A stretch of DNA of 64,000 nt, taken from contig OX597824.1 in assembly GCA_951406725.2 (NCBI GenBank), forward strand, positions 24,428,001 through 24,492,000, read 5' to 3'. This DNA is from Octopus vulgaris. Its lineage: Eukaryota. Position numbers and translations under genes: made by a program. The notes under the pieces are model-generated. The model had not been told where the DNA came from. It saw nothing but the letters and a program-made list of their open reading frames with translations, and searched no databases. Positions 40,743 to 53,380 of this stretch are shown in pieces (position 1 is the first letter of the stretch; each line of letters begins with the position of its first letter).

Positions 40743-41414
40743 TACAGGGTGTCCCAAAAGTGACTGACGGGTTTCAATTTTTAACAACTTCCTGAGACAA
40801 GTACAGGGTGTCCCAAATAAGTACATGCAATTTTGATACAATATAAAGGACATAATGGAAATTAATATTGCAACACCACGACATCACATGTGAAAAATGA
40901 CACCGCTTAAATGGCAGCCAGTTTCGGCTACGTACGCCCGTGCTCTTTCCAGATCTTGCACCATAGAACCCTCAAGAGCTTCAGGCCCCACTTATGTGAT
41001 TTCTCTATTGATGTTCTCCTTCAGTTGCACCAGGGTCTCCGGTTTATTGATGTAAACCCTCTCTTTTAGGTATCCCCACAAGAAAAAATCCGGGCTAGTC
41101 AAGTCAACAAACCGGAGACCCTGGAGCAACTGAAGGAGAACATCAATAGAGAAATCAGAGAGGTGGGGTCTGAAACTCTTGCGGGTGTTATGGAGCAAGT
41201 TTTGGAAAGAGCACGGGCGTGCGAAGCCTAGAATGGCTACCATTTACGCGATGTCATTTTTCATATGTGATCTAGTGGTGCTGCAAAATTTGACTCGTGC
41301 ATATTAATTTCCATTATGTCTTTTATATTGTATCAACATTTTAGGCATTTATTTGTAAAGTTAAGGAAGTTATTAAACATTGAAACCCATCAGGGACTTT
41401 TGGGACACCCTGTA
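40743..41414. mobile_element. Fold-back Tc1-like element made of two inverted 3' ends
   Basis: TA-CAGGGTGTCCCAAAAG ... CTTTTGGGACACCCTG-TA. DLTSPDFFLWGYLKERVYINKPETL on the minus strand is mirrored from about 41104 on the plus strand. Confidence 0.85.
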
Positions 41415-41691
41415 TAACATACCGTAGCAAAGATAACCAAATAATGTTACGCCCTCAATAGCTTCTCGTTTATCGTTTAGCAGTTTCAGTCACTAGACTG
41501 CGGCCATGCTGGGGCATCGCCTTAAAGAATTCTTAGCAGAATGAATCGGTTCCAGCACTTGTTTTTTTTTCAACTAGTACTTTTAATCTTATTATGCCGA
41601 GCCGCTAAGTTACGGAAACTTAAACAAAACAACACCGGTTGTGACGTGGTGATGGGAGACAAACACACAAAACACACACGCATTTACATAT

Positions 41692-41730
<39 letters not shown>

Positions 41731-42488
41731 AGAGAGAGAGAGAGAGAGAGAGTACAACGAGCTTCTTTCAGTTTCTGTCTACTAAATCCCCTGACAAGGT
41801 TTTGGTCGGCGCAAGTTTATCGTACAAAACACTTGCCCAAGGTGTCACACAGTGGGACTGAACCCGAAAACATGTGGTTGGAAAGCAAGGTTCTTACAAC
41901 ACAGCCACTCCTGCGCCTGGTAAACCTAAGTCGAACAGAAGCAGAAAACCAGATAATAACTCAATATTCCATCAAAAGACATAGCAGCCAGTTACGCGAG
42001 ACAGATATCGTGTTAGTTCAGAGGAGCATACAGCAGCTTCGGATGCAAACTCAAATGGTACTAATTTTATTGGCCCTGAAAGAATAGAAAACAAAGTCAA
42101 CCTCAGCGGTATTTGAACTCAGAACCTAGTAAGTCGGAAGAAATACTGCAAATCATTTTCCTCGGCGAACTAACAGCTCTACCAGCTCACAGCCGCATTC
42201 TGGAAAAATGATTCCAACCAAATTATAAATTTGAATTTATAATGCGACATAAAAATAAAATATAGGTTTGTAGTTGTGGTATAGCCCCGAGTCGTACTTT
42301 ATTCAGTTGAATGGCTGACAAGCGAGAGCATAGAAGATCCCTCGTTGGTTCAAGTGGTTGTAAGTTTCATTTGATGGAAGTGAAGCCATCTGCGCTTTCA
42401 GTCGGTCCTTCGTGTCTGAGGTTTTGTGTTACTGTTTCGAACTAAAGCGGCTCTAGTCAAACAGCCAATCTGTTAGATAGATGGGTAA

Positions 42489-42565
<77 letters not shown>

Positions 42566-42582
42566 AAGACAGACAGACAAAC

Positions 42583-42621
<39 letters not shown>

Positions 42622-43101
42622 CAGGCAAAGAGACAAATACATACACACATACATACATACATACATACATACATACATACATACATACATACATAAATAC
42701 ATATATACATACATACACACACACATACCTGCAATACTAGGTGAAAAGAACCATTAAGATTTATAAACTACTGTATTTGAACAATATGCTTACTGTCAGA
42801 TTGGTAATAAAGATATATTGCATCAAAGGCTTTCTGCAAGTAATGCACCTAGCTCTTGCCTGAATATGCACATTGCAATTTATTCTCTGTGTGTGGTTAA
42901 GCAGTCTGTGTCATATATCTAAATACTCTGAACTGCGCAATAATCAAGTATGGTGCAATTTGGTGCAGTAGGCGCAGAAGTATTAAAACATACATGTAGA
43001 CACATAGATATGCGTATGTATGTGCATATATATATACATAAAAACACACATGTGTATATGTGAATGCACTTGTGTACGTTTGTATGTTCACTACTGCTTT
43101 T

Positions 43102-43676
43102 TATTGGGTTGTCCTGAAAGTTCGTGCCGTGTCGATATATAGTAGCTTACGTTTCGACTTATTTTAGAACATAGTTGAGTCCATAAAATAGGGTTTGAAT
43201 ACACTTCCATTTAGAGCACAGTTTATGCTATCTTTTAGTGGAAGAAGGTTTATGTTCCTATAACCTGTGTTAATTCTGTAACCCTTTAAAATCGAAGATA
43301 AGAAAGTTCATTTTCGGCACTTGATGCTTTGGGAACCAGACAAAAATTGCTGCAGCTCGGCTGGGATGTGTTACTCCACCATCCATATTCACCAGATATT
43401 GCTCCTTCGAATTTCCACTTATTCAGGTCTCTGCAGAATAGTCTTAATAGTAAAAATTTCAATTCCTTGGATGACGTAAAAAGATACCTTGATGAATTCT
43501 TTGCCATGAAACCACCTGAATTCTGGGAAGAGGGTATTTTCAAGTTAAAAGAAAGATGGAGACGCATTGTGTAATAAAATGTTTCATATTTGGTTGATTA
43601 AAAATGTAATGGCAAGTATTTATTGACCTTTTTCTTGCCTTTAAAAATCGGCACGAACTTTCTGGACAACCCAATA
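43102..43676 (+). mobile_element. Non-autonomous mariner deletion derivative
   Basis: TIR TTGGGTTGTCC.GAAAGTTCGTGCCG, TA TSD and HPYSPDIAPSNFHLF. The same deletion junction occurs in 63096-63646. Confidence 0.92.
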
Positions 43677-43959
43677 TAAACACACGTGAATATGTGAATG
43701 CATTTGTATACGTTTTGTATGCTCCCTACTGTTTTTAACTATTTCACTTCTTTTGATTAAGGAGCTGATTTCTAACAAAGATACAAATCTCCATCGTTGG
43801 AAAATGCAATGTTACATTTTAAACTTGAGTAATGTCTTCTATATTTTTACTGTTACACTTACTGATTTTATTTGTGATGTGCGAGTTAGTTTGGCTGATG
43901 TATTTTTCATTTACTCACAAAGCCAAGAACACAAATTATTCTTGGTATAAATTTGAATT

Positions 43960-44270
43960 TATAATCTGGATATTGAACCTGGGTGTTTCGAAACAGATGT
44001 CCATAATTATGCTTTATCTCTTTGATTTTCAGAGATCTTCACATCAGAAGGACCGCTAACTTCTATGACGGTACATACTTTTCCTTGTCTGTGCCAAACA
44101 ATAATATCGGGCCCGTTATGCTTGTAAATGATGGGAGTATTCCACCAGTATTCCTTGTGTTGATGTTTGTGTAAGTATTCAAAAGCAAGGGGATACTCTA
44201 TATTTAATCTTTTTTTCCGAATGGTATTGTGTATTGCTTTCGCGGCAACATCGTGTCGTATTGAGATAAG
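43960..44270 (-). pseudogene. RLE-clade retrotransposon endonuclease fragment
   Basis: RHDVAAKAI...EYWWNTPI...HNGPDIIVW...CTVIEVSGPSD (RH[DN] and PD..E motifs). Confidence 0.75.
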
Positions 44271-44290
44271 TATGTATGCATGTATATATA

Positions 44291-44588
44291 GTGGAGGCAC
44301 ATGGCCTAGTGGTTAGAGCAGCGAACTCGCGGTCGAGGGATCGAGGGTTCGAATCTCAGACCGGGTAATGTGTGTGTTTATGAGCGAAACACCTAAGCTC
44401 CATGCAGCTCCGGCAGAAGGTAATGGCTTTCTTCTGCTGACTCTTTCGCCACAACTTTCTCTTTCACCCTTCCCTCCTGCATCTTGCAGCTCACCTGCGA
44501 CGGACCGGCGTCCCGTCCAGGTGGGGAACCTATACGCCAAAGAAACCGGGAGACCGGCCCTTATGAGCCAGGCATAGCTCGAGAAGGA
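44291..44588 (+). mobile_element. SINE family C (tail C1)
   Basis: Full-length, flanked by ATGTATGCATG repeats. A sister copy lies at 57513-57808. Confidence 0.9.
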
Positions 44589-45864
44589 ACATGTATGCAT
44601 GCATGTATGTATGTATGCATGAATATGTTCATATCCAAGGAAATCCTTTCTTCGTGTTCACTGTAGTTTGACGTTCTTCCTTCATGTCTCGGAGATTAAC
44701 CAGATTAGCAGCTTTATCCTTTGTAGGCCTTGGGGGTGGGGTTTATTAGGCCGATAGTGGCATAAAATCCGTATTTACAGCGAAAGCACATAACTAGAGA
44801 ATCAGGATCCGGTGCTACTCTTGCTTTTCGTTCAACCCTCCTCTTTTAAGTTTCTCTTATCATTTCTGCTTCTGAGTTCTGCACCCAAGAGTACACAGTA
44901 CTGCGCCTCAGTGAGCGATTTTGAGCGAGCTTGAGCGAGATGTTCCCGGGTAGATTGTTTCAAATTATACTTCACCGAAGCAATCTTGAAAGTGCCTTCG
45001 ATTATCCACTTTGGTCCACCTCGTGACTAAACAAAGAAAATCTACTTGTAGTGGTTCTTAACGGAGTCCATATGGTCCTCGATTAATCCATATAAGATTT
45101 TATTGTTAAAATTTATCTGCAATAAATCAGTTATCCTTCTACAATGTACAAAATATTTTAACATATTTTTGATACAATCTCTCTCTATATAAAGCTGAAG
45201 TTGTCTGTGTATGGCAGGTTTGGTAGCCTTCAACTAACACTATCTCCTCCGAGACCCTGCAGCGCAAGTTGTCCAAAATTGAGAGTATGATAGAAGAAGA
45301 CTTGCTTTTCATTCCGTAGAAGAAAAAATTCAAATTCGGAACATGTTAACACCAAAAATTATTTACATCAAAAAAGGTGCTTATGAAAATCCATATTTTT
45401 TACGATTTTTTTTACTGCTGTGTCGCCATTTTCCGGTGTATTTCAACCAAAAAAAATGTTCACTTAAAGAGAATAACAAGCTACATAATGCAAACTTTTT
45501 ACTTTTAAAAAATTTCATACACAGATAACTTCATAGGGAGATGTATGTATCCAAGAAAATATTTTTTGATTGTGCACTGTGGTTTATATGTGGTGACAAT
45601 AAACTCATATATATTTTATTCCGATAATAATGTCTTCTTCAATAACTTTCATATTTAATTGCCATTAGACATAAAGAGGTAAAACTTAGCAAAGCCATTT
45701 GTATATGTTCTTATACATATTTAATGTCACCATTTCCTATCGTGTATAGATTCACTACCATTATATAAACTGATTTATGCATCTAGATATGTTTTATTTT
45801 TGCGTCTTCAGGAACATACATTCATACCTTTTATTTATCTATCATTTTCTTTTCCGTGCTCTCT

Positions 45865-46030
<166 letters not shown>

Positions 46031-46057
46031 CATACATACATACATATATATATATAT

Positions 46058-46250
46058 AGTTTAAATTTACAGAAAACAAAAGGCGAAGACGAGTGTAGGT
46101 ACAACAAGCAGGTGTATTAGTTTAATGCTCGGAAAGAATGGAAAAAAGTCTTTTACGATCCGAGCCTACACTCTTCGACAGAAAGGGTTAAGAGGGGAAA
46201 AACAGAGAGAGACTAAAAAATTTTTTAAAAAAAAACAGAGAAAGAAAACG
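46058..46250 (-). mobile_element. Penelope-like pLTR-derived element (family P2), hammerhead-like motif 46150-46185
   Basis: CTTT-CTGTCGA-AGAGT-GTAG-GCTC-GGATCGTA-AAAG, ending in (TA)n. Confidence 0.6.
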
Positions 46251-46810
46251 TATGTGTAAAAATTAGCGGTTGAACATGATGAAAATAACATACGACCGAG
46301 GCACATCAACATGACATGTAGGAGATTAGCAAATTGTTACAAAGGTTTAAAGTTTGATAATTTTTACCTAATCAGAAAACAAGATCTGGAAGCTATCATT
46401 TTTCTGCGTGATAGCTGTCTATAACAAAATGAAAGTAAGATACGACGACGAAGTTTTAAACAAAATGAAAGCTACTACATCACATATCAAGAATGAGAGC
46501 GGATAGCAGCATGCATGAGAGATATACATATACAGAGAGGAAAAGGGGGAGAGTGATACCGTGGTAAATATATAGAAGGGAGTCTGAGAGAGCTAGATAG
46601 AGTCAGTTAAAGAGAGGTAGATTTGGTGATCTGAATGTTGAGCTATTTCTCGTTGCAAATTATATTTTTTATTCATCTTAACCGATAAACGTGTCGTTGG
46701 GATGCAGATTTCGAAACCGTATCCGTTTTTCTCGAGAACGATCTGTTTCGGAGCCTTTCCATGACGTATGTACACATATACTCTCATTATACATACATAT
46801 ACTGCCATTT

Positions 46811-46879
<69 letters not shown>

Positions 46880-46880
<1 letters not shown>

Positions 46881-46997
46881 GATATAGTGTATAGGTTGTG
46901 CGTTCGCCGGTGAGGCGACTTTCCGCCCAGACTTGTATCCCGGAGGGGAACCTCCTAGGTGCTTCCATGGTCATCCCTGACCGATGGAGTCGAGGAT
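46880..46997 (+). mobile_element. Short retroposon 3' end related to the SINE D tail
   Basis: GACTTGTATCCCGGAGGGGAAC...TAGGTGC..CCATGGTCAT...TGACCGA aligns with the SINE D 3' end and sits within (TA)n. Confidence 0.55.
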
Positions 46998-47040
46998 ATA
47001 TATACATACATACATACATACATTCATATATATATATACA

Positions 47041-47129
<89 letters not shown>

Positions 47130-47132
<3 letters not shown>

Positions 47133-47340
47133 CCGCGTGTGTACCGTTGGCGATTCTTTTTTTCTCAGTTTTTCCTTCTCTGGATCTTTCCCTCTCCTAT
47201 GTTTCCGACGAAGAGCTCCGCTCGAAACGTTAAACCATCCTTCTTTCCTTCTTTCCTGAGCGTCCAATAAATACTATATTTGTTCCACGTCCTCGCGTTG
47301 TTGTGTTTTTTGTGCTTTCATGTTTGGATTAACTTTATAT
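47130..47340 (+). mobile_element. Penelope-like pLTR-derived element (family P1), hammerhead-like motif 47201-47235
   Basis: Motif identical to 17853-17887. Confidence 0.7.
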
Positions 47341-47345
47341 ATGTA

Positions 47346-47385
<40 letters not shown>

Positions 47386-47393
<8 letters not shown>

Positions 47394-47830
47394 ATAGAGG
47401 GCATTATTACACATAAATGCCTCACACTAGGAGGGACAAAGTCATTACTACCAAAAATTATACTAATCATACCCAAATGCAGTTTTTCAAAGCAAGACAT
47501 TTAAAAAATGAATCAGTTCTGCTGACGATCATTAGACGCAAGTTGTATGTGAAATCACGGTGATACAGAACATAATTCATTTTTTAAATGTCTTGCTTTG
47601 AAAAACTGCATTTGGGTATGATTAGTATAATTTTTGGTAGTAATGACTTTGTCCCTCCTAGTGTGAGGCATTTATGTGTAATAATGCCCTCTATACAATA
47701 TAGATATAATTAATTTGTTCAAAAGAAAAAAATTATTTTCGGATTCTTTTCTTTTATGAGGTTTTCACGCTAGCTACCCGATAATTTCTTGTTAAGATCC
47801 CTTATTAAGAGATTATCCTTAATTGTTAAA

Positions 47831-47833
<3 letters not shown>
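47386..47833. mobile_element. Fold-back insert in (TA)n: perfect 128-bp IR plus about 130-nt tail
   Basis: Arms are 47386-47513 and 47575-47702. Confidence 0.85.
47516..47571 (+). ncRNA. Type I hammerhead ribozyme
   Basis: GTTCTG-CTGACGA-[TCATTAGAC-GCAA-GTTGTATGT]-GAA-ATCA-CGG-TGAT-A-CAGAAC. The core is intact, stem I is 6 bp, stem II is imperfect and GNRA-capped, and the triplet is AUA. Confidence 0.75.
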
Positions 47834-47880
<47 letters not shown>

Positions 47881-48532
47881 TGGTCCTCTGGAAGACACTT
47901 GTCCTAAGCCACTTTGACTATTGCTCTCAGCTATGGTCACCATCCAGTGTCAAGTTGGTCACAGAACTTGAGGCGATCCAACGAAGCTACACGAAGAAGA
48001 TAGCCTCTGTGCAGCATATGAGCTACTGGGAGAGACTCAAGAGATTAAAGCTCTATTCCCTGGAGCGTAGACGAGAAAGATATGCCATAATATATATCTG
48101 GAAGATCCTGGAAGGTCTTGTCCCAGACTTTGGCATCGAGAGTCACACAAATGCCAGAACCGGACGCCACTGCGTAGTACCAAGGACTCCAAATTTGCCA
48201 TCAAGATGTAGGACAAGATATTGTGATAGCCTGGGCTTCAGAGGCCCACGGCTCTTCAATATCCTCCCGAAGAACCTGAGGGACCTGCATGGTGTAGATG
48301 CGGATGTCTTTAAAGTAGGACTGGATCTCTTCCTGTCAGGTGTCCCGGATGAACCAACTTCACGGCAGGAGGTGCAGATGAGGGCAGCTGCATCGAACTC
48401 TCTCATGCATCAGATGGCGTTTGCTAAAAAGCATCCGTGAGGTAAAACCGTGTAGCAACACCAAATGGCGGTGCCCCAGCATGGCCACAGTTCATAAGCT
48501 GAAACTGGAAAAATCAAAATCAAAATCAAATC
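47881..48532 (+). pseudogene. 5'-truncated CR1-like LINE: ORF2 C-terminus (open to stop at 48440) and 3' UTR
   Basis: WKTLVLSHFDYCSQLWSP...LEAIQRSYTKKI...SYWERLKRLKLYSLERRRERY..IYIWKIL.GL...RGPRLFNILP...FK..LD, then an (AAAATC)n tail. Confidence 0.9.
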
Positions 48533-48718
48533 ATATATATATATTTAAAAATTTTGCTTTTTAGTAGTTTTAAGCACTCCCCTTTCGTTTAAGAAAACTG
48601 TTGGCTGTTTTAGAAATGATCTTTCAGTCTGCTCAGCTACTATAGCAGTTTATGTGGGTTTTGTATGCATGTATGTACATGGACGCGTGTGTGTACATGT
48701 ATGTGCGTGTGTGTGTGT

Positions 48719-48764
<46 letters not shown>

Positions 48765-48982
48765 GTGTGTGTGTATGTGCGTGCGCGCGTGTGTGTGTGT
48801 CCGTGTTTGTGGGAGACGGTTCTTCTCGGAAAGCTTTCGTTCCAAGCAGATTACAATAAGCGGCTTCCGATATATCTAATGTCTCTTTGATGATTTGTTT
48901 GTGGTCAGTATTGTTGTTGTTGTTGTTGTTGCTGCTGCTGCTGTTGTTGTTGTTGTTGTTATTACTGCTGCTGCTGTTTTTG

Positions 48983-49014
<32 letters not shown>

Positions 49015-49824
49015 GGTGGTGGTGGTGGTGGTGGTGGTGGTGGTGGTGGTGGTGGTGGTGGTGGTGGTGGTGGTGTTGTTGTTGTTGTTCGACCCCATTT
49101 CAGCTGTAAAGGAGTAGACGGACCTCTGATTAAAAACAGTTCAGCAGTGATCATCTCATTTATTTTGCCGGTATTGTCTGACTGATATCGGATAATCCAA
49201 CGCACCTTTTCTTTTTCTTCTTTTTTTGTTAGGGTTTATTTTGAAGAATATTAGGCTGTTAGGTCTATCAACTACAGAAGCCAACACAGAAGAAACCACG
49301 TTGGCGGTTTAGCTGTGCTTAATTTATTTGGGTGACTTAATAAAAAAAATCAGTCTCAGATATTTTCAATCTAACTAAAAGTACAATGTTGTTAAAAAGT
49401 GGAGTGTAAAATGAAAGAAGTACAATGTAATTAAAGAAAAGTACAGCCTTGATGAAAAGGTCTGTGGCTGATTAGAAAGAAAACATTGTAAGGCGTTATC
49501 GTAACAAGTAGGCCATGCTAACGTTTTGATTTTTAAATCCGCCAAGGTTAACTTTATCTTTGTCGATAAGATAAATGTACGAGACAAGAATGGAATTGTG
49601 GTAGATTTTAATGGCCTTTACTGTCCTTAAGACTTGATAATTTGTGTAAAAATTCATTATTGAAAATAGGCAAAAAAAAAGTGTTGAATCAGCAGTATTG
49701 GAGGTATGGGATGTGGTGGTGCGAGATGTATTTCGCATACAATCGTTAATCTAAGAGTTCAAATTCCGCCAGGACTGACTTTGATGTTTATCATTCTGCC
49801 CCGGTAATTGAAACAGAAATTCAA

Positions 49825-49898
<74 letters not shown>

Positions 49899-49929
49899 CA
49901 ACAATAATAACAACAACAACAATAATAGC

Positions 49930-50029
<100 letters not shown>

Positions 50030-50320
50030 GTTTGAATAATTCACCTCTGGAAACGGGTGGTTCTTTCAACATCCTTAAACAACCCTTATTCAGGGACCTT
50101 TTGAGTGGGATGGGTTACTCAACCTGAAGAAAATTCTGACTGGGCCCCACCTGCAAGGTCATGTGCTGTTTATCTTGATATGAGATCACCATGTCGCGCA
50201 CATATGGTTGTGATGCATGTGCCTGGTGTACCCTTATCAGACGGTAGTCATGATGGGTATATTGAGCTTCGTATATTTTACTCCAGTGTCACTTTGATGG
50301 CATGAACTGCTCTCTCACTC
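50030..50320 (+). mobile_element. Family E retroposon, 5'-truncated, in (AAT)n
   Basis: Matches 37342-37640 in reverse. Confidence 0.8.
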
Positions 50321-50739
50321 AATAATAATAATAATAATAATAATAGTTATAATAATGTCTCATTTTGGAAAACTGAATCTCGATGCACATAACTTTACAA
50401 ATAGTAGCATATGGGTTGATAAACTCCTTTGAATAGAAAAATCGAAAAACGTCTGTCATATCTACAGATGCTGGTTCGTGTTCGACAAGCAGCCTTGGAA
50501 TTTTTCTTTTTATTTACGGTTTTATGAGCTTCGAGATCCTCTCTTCCAAAGCAAGAATTATTTTGACAATCTTCCAGAAAATTTATAAATTATTTGCAAT
50601 TTATAAACTCTAACGCTTCTGTAAATTCTACCAGACTTAACTTTTGCCTAAATAATTTCTTTAACACAAGGTCAGAGACTCGCAAAAAGGGCAAAGTCGA
50701 TTGTACTGACCTAAGTACGTAACTGGTACTTTATTTTCA

Positions 50740-51230
50740 TCAGTCAGGTGCCCACCCTGTGTCTAGGGGTCAGCTCGCCAAGATGCTCCAGCATTCTCTG
50801 TGTTGTGCTGCATACATTCAATCACCCAAACTCTTGTTTCCGGTCTATTCTTTCATGTAGTCCTTGACAACCTCTTGCTCCCTTCCTCTGCTTCCGGTCA
50901 AGATCGCATTTGGCAGTGATTCAAGGCAAGGCGTGATATATGTCCAAAATATGAGAGTTTTGTGGACTTGATCCTCGACAATTGATGTCTTCGGACTTTC
51001 AGCTTTTCTAATACTGCATCGATACACTGTATGTCTAGCTTATTCTGTCCAACCTACGAAAGATTCACATCTCAAAGCCTTCTTTTACCATTGTTCTGTA
51101 GATTACCCAAGTTTCTGCCCTTAGAGGAGAACAACTACCTTAATATGACAGTTTATAGCATCAATTTTAGATGCAACGTTATGTCTTTTGAGGTGTAGAT
51201 ATTTTTCATTCTCATTAATGTTATTTTTTC
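50740..51230 (-). pseudogene. Degenerate RTE-clade LINE 3' fragment
   Basis: Frameshifted AETW...FEM*IFRR..RIS*...VL...IKSTKLSYFGHISR motifs. Confidence 0.7.
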
Positions 51231-51349
51231 ATCAAAACAAACCTAAATGTATGAAGTAACTAGAGCAACGCAAAGCATCTGACACTTCCCAGAGGCCTCG
51301 ATTGGGGAATATCAGTACCGCTTGTCATTTGGAAGAGGTCCAAGGCCTC

Positions 51350-51600
51350 TTAATCCGTTTGTCTGTCCTTGTTTGTCTCCTCTGTGTGTAGCCCCCTTGT
51401 GGGCGAAATGCCTTGCAGTATTTCGTCAGCCGTTACGTTCTGAGTTCAAATTCCGCCGAGGTCGACTTTGCCTTTCATCCTTTCGGGGTCGATTAACTAA
51501 GTACCAGATCATCACTGGGGTCAATGTAATCGACTTAATACCTTTGTCTCTCCTTGTTTGTCCCCTCTATGTTTAGCTCCATGTGGGCAATAAAGAAATA
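51350..51600 (+). mobile_element. SINE B, permuted tail-body-tail arrangement
   Basis: The tail joins the head at TTGTGGGC|GAAATG microhomology. Confidence 0.8.
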
Positions 51601-51606
51601 AATACT

Positions 51607-52487
51607 TATGTGGTATGATCAATAAGTATCTGAACTGTTGCTATAGTAACGAAGCTAAATTACGTAAAACCGCTTGGCACACACTGATCTTGAACTCTAC
51701 TGTGCATGCGCACTAAGTTTTAACGTTCCGCTGTTTACAGCAGCGCTGAAAGGAAGGTGAGTAGCGTGTGATCGTCGCATTGACCATGACAGAGAAACCT
51801 AAGCAGAGAATCTGCATCAAATTTGGCCAAAAGCTTGGCGATTCCTGCTCAGAGGCCTACGCAAACGTTTCAAAAAGTTTTCATCGTTTTCAACACAATC
51901 AAAGAGATCTTGTGCAACAGAAACCCGAGTGTCATTTTGGTTAGCTAAAAGTGGTTTGGGCACAAAATTTGGCAGACACGCGTCTCATACCCATATCTTC
52001 AATAATGCACTGGACTGAACTGAACCGTAACTAATCTGCATGTCATCTGATAACTCACAGATGGTGATTCGACGATTTCCCTTCACAGCTGCACGCACAT
52101 CTGCCATATTTTTCTCAGTTCTACTGGTTGTGTGTACCCCAGAACGTTCGTCAATAACGACATTTTTCGGCCATCTTGGAGACGTCTGAACCATTCGCAC
52201 ACTTGTGTGCAGCTCATACACTCGTCTCCATACACTTTCTGCAACTTTGCATAGTCCTCTGAGCAGGTATTGCCATGACAACTTTCACTTTCATGATCAA
52301 TGTGACCATCACACGCTAAAGACCTTCCTTACAAGCACTGCTGTAAACAGAAGTGAGCTAGATCGTTAAAACTTAGTGCACATGTACAGCAAAGTCCAAA
52401 ACTAATCTTTGCCAAGCAGCTTTACTCTGCATGCTCTAGCTTTGTTACTATGGCAACAGTCCGGATACTCATTCGTCAGACCTCGTA
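51607..52487. mobile_element. Fold-back mariner derivative made of two inverted 5' ends
   Basis: TA-bounded, with long imperfect IRs. The plus strand gives MTEKPKQRICIKF..KLG. The minus strand gives the HTH region EWFRR..DG...DERSG...NRRITI.EL...GMRRVSAKF...NDENFLK. Confidence 0.85.
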
Positions 52488-52973
52488 AGACCTTAGTCTT
52501 ATCTCAAAAGAGAAATGATGCTCCTGGGAAGCGATGCAGGTGACACGTTTATAGGTGTTAACAGAGAAGAAAAAGTCGATCTGAGCAATGGCTTGAGAAA
52601 TACTTATTGAAAGGGCACAACGAAGATTAATTTCGATTCTATGTACTTTAAGGGATTTCTCTTGAAGGAACAACTAGAAATTTCAAAGATATGGAACGAA
52701 AATTTAAAAATAAAAAAGAAAACAAACAGAAAAAGAGAACAAAAATCGAAAGAATTTTTTAGCGCATTATTGGCTCCAACCTAAAAATCTTAGAATTTCT
52801 GATAATGACACTGATTCTCCATGTAGAAGCTGGTCTTGAAGCAAATATATATAACATTTATCTTCGCCATACTTTACCGCTGGCTTTTGGCCAGAAATCA
52901 ATAAAACATACTTGGCAAAGCCAGAAAGATTCTTCGCTTTCTTCTCTCATCAACAATACATACACATACATAT

Positions 52974-53120
<147 letters not shown>

Positions 53121-53124
53121 ACAG

Positions 53125-53203
<79 letters not shown>

Positions 53204-53224
53204 TGTGTGTGTGTGTGTGTACAG

Positions 53225-53315
<91 letters not shown>

Positions 53316-53316
53316 A

Positions 53317-53380
<64 letters not shown>

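Noticed and set aside
44291-44365. tRNA-like heads of SINE C and D as functional tRNAs
   Set aside because: Acceptor stems do not close and the heads run into SINE bodies bounded by TSDs.
47823-48440. 205-aa ORF as a host gene
   Set aside because: It is the C-terminus of a 5'-truncated CR1-like ORF2, and the apparent start lies in (TA)n flank.
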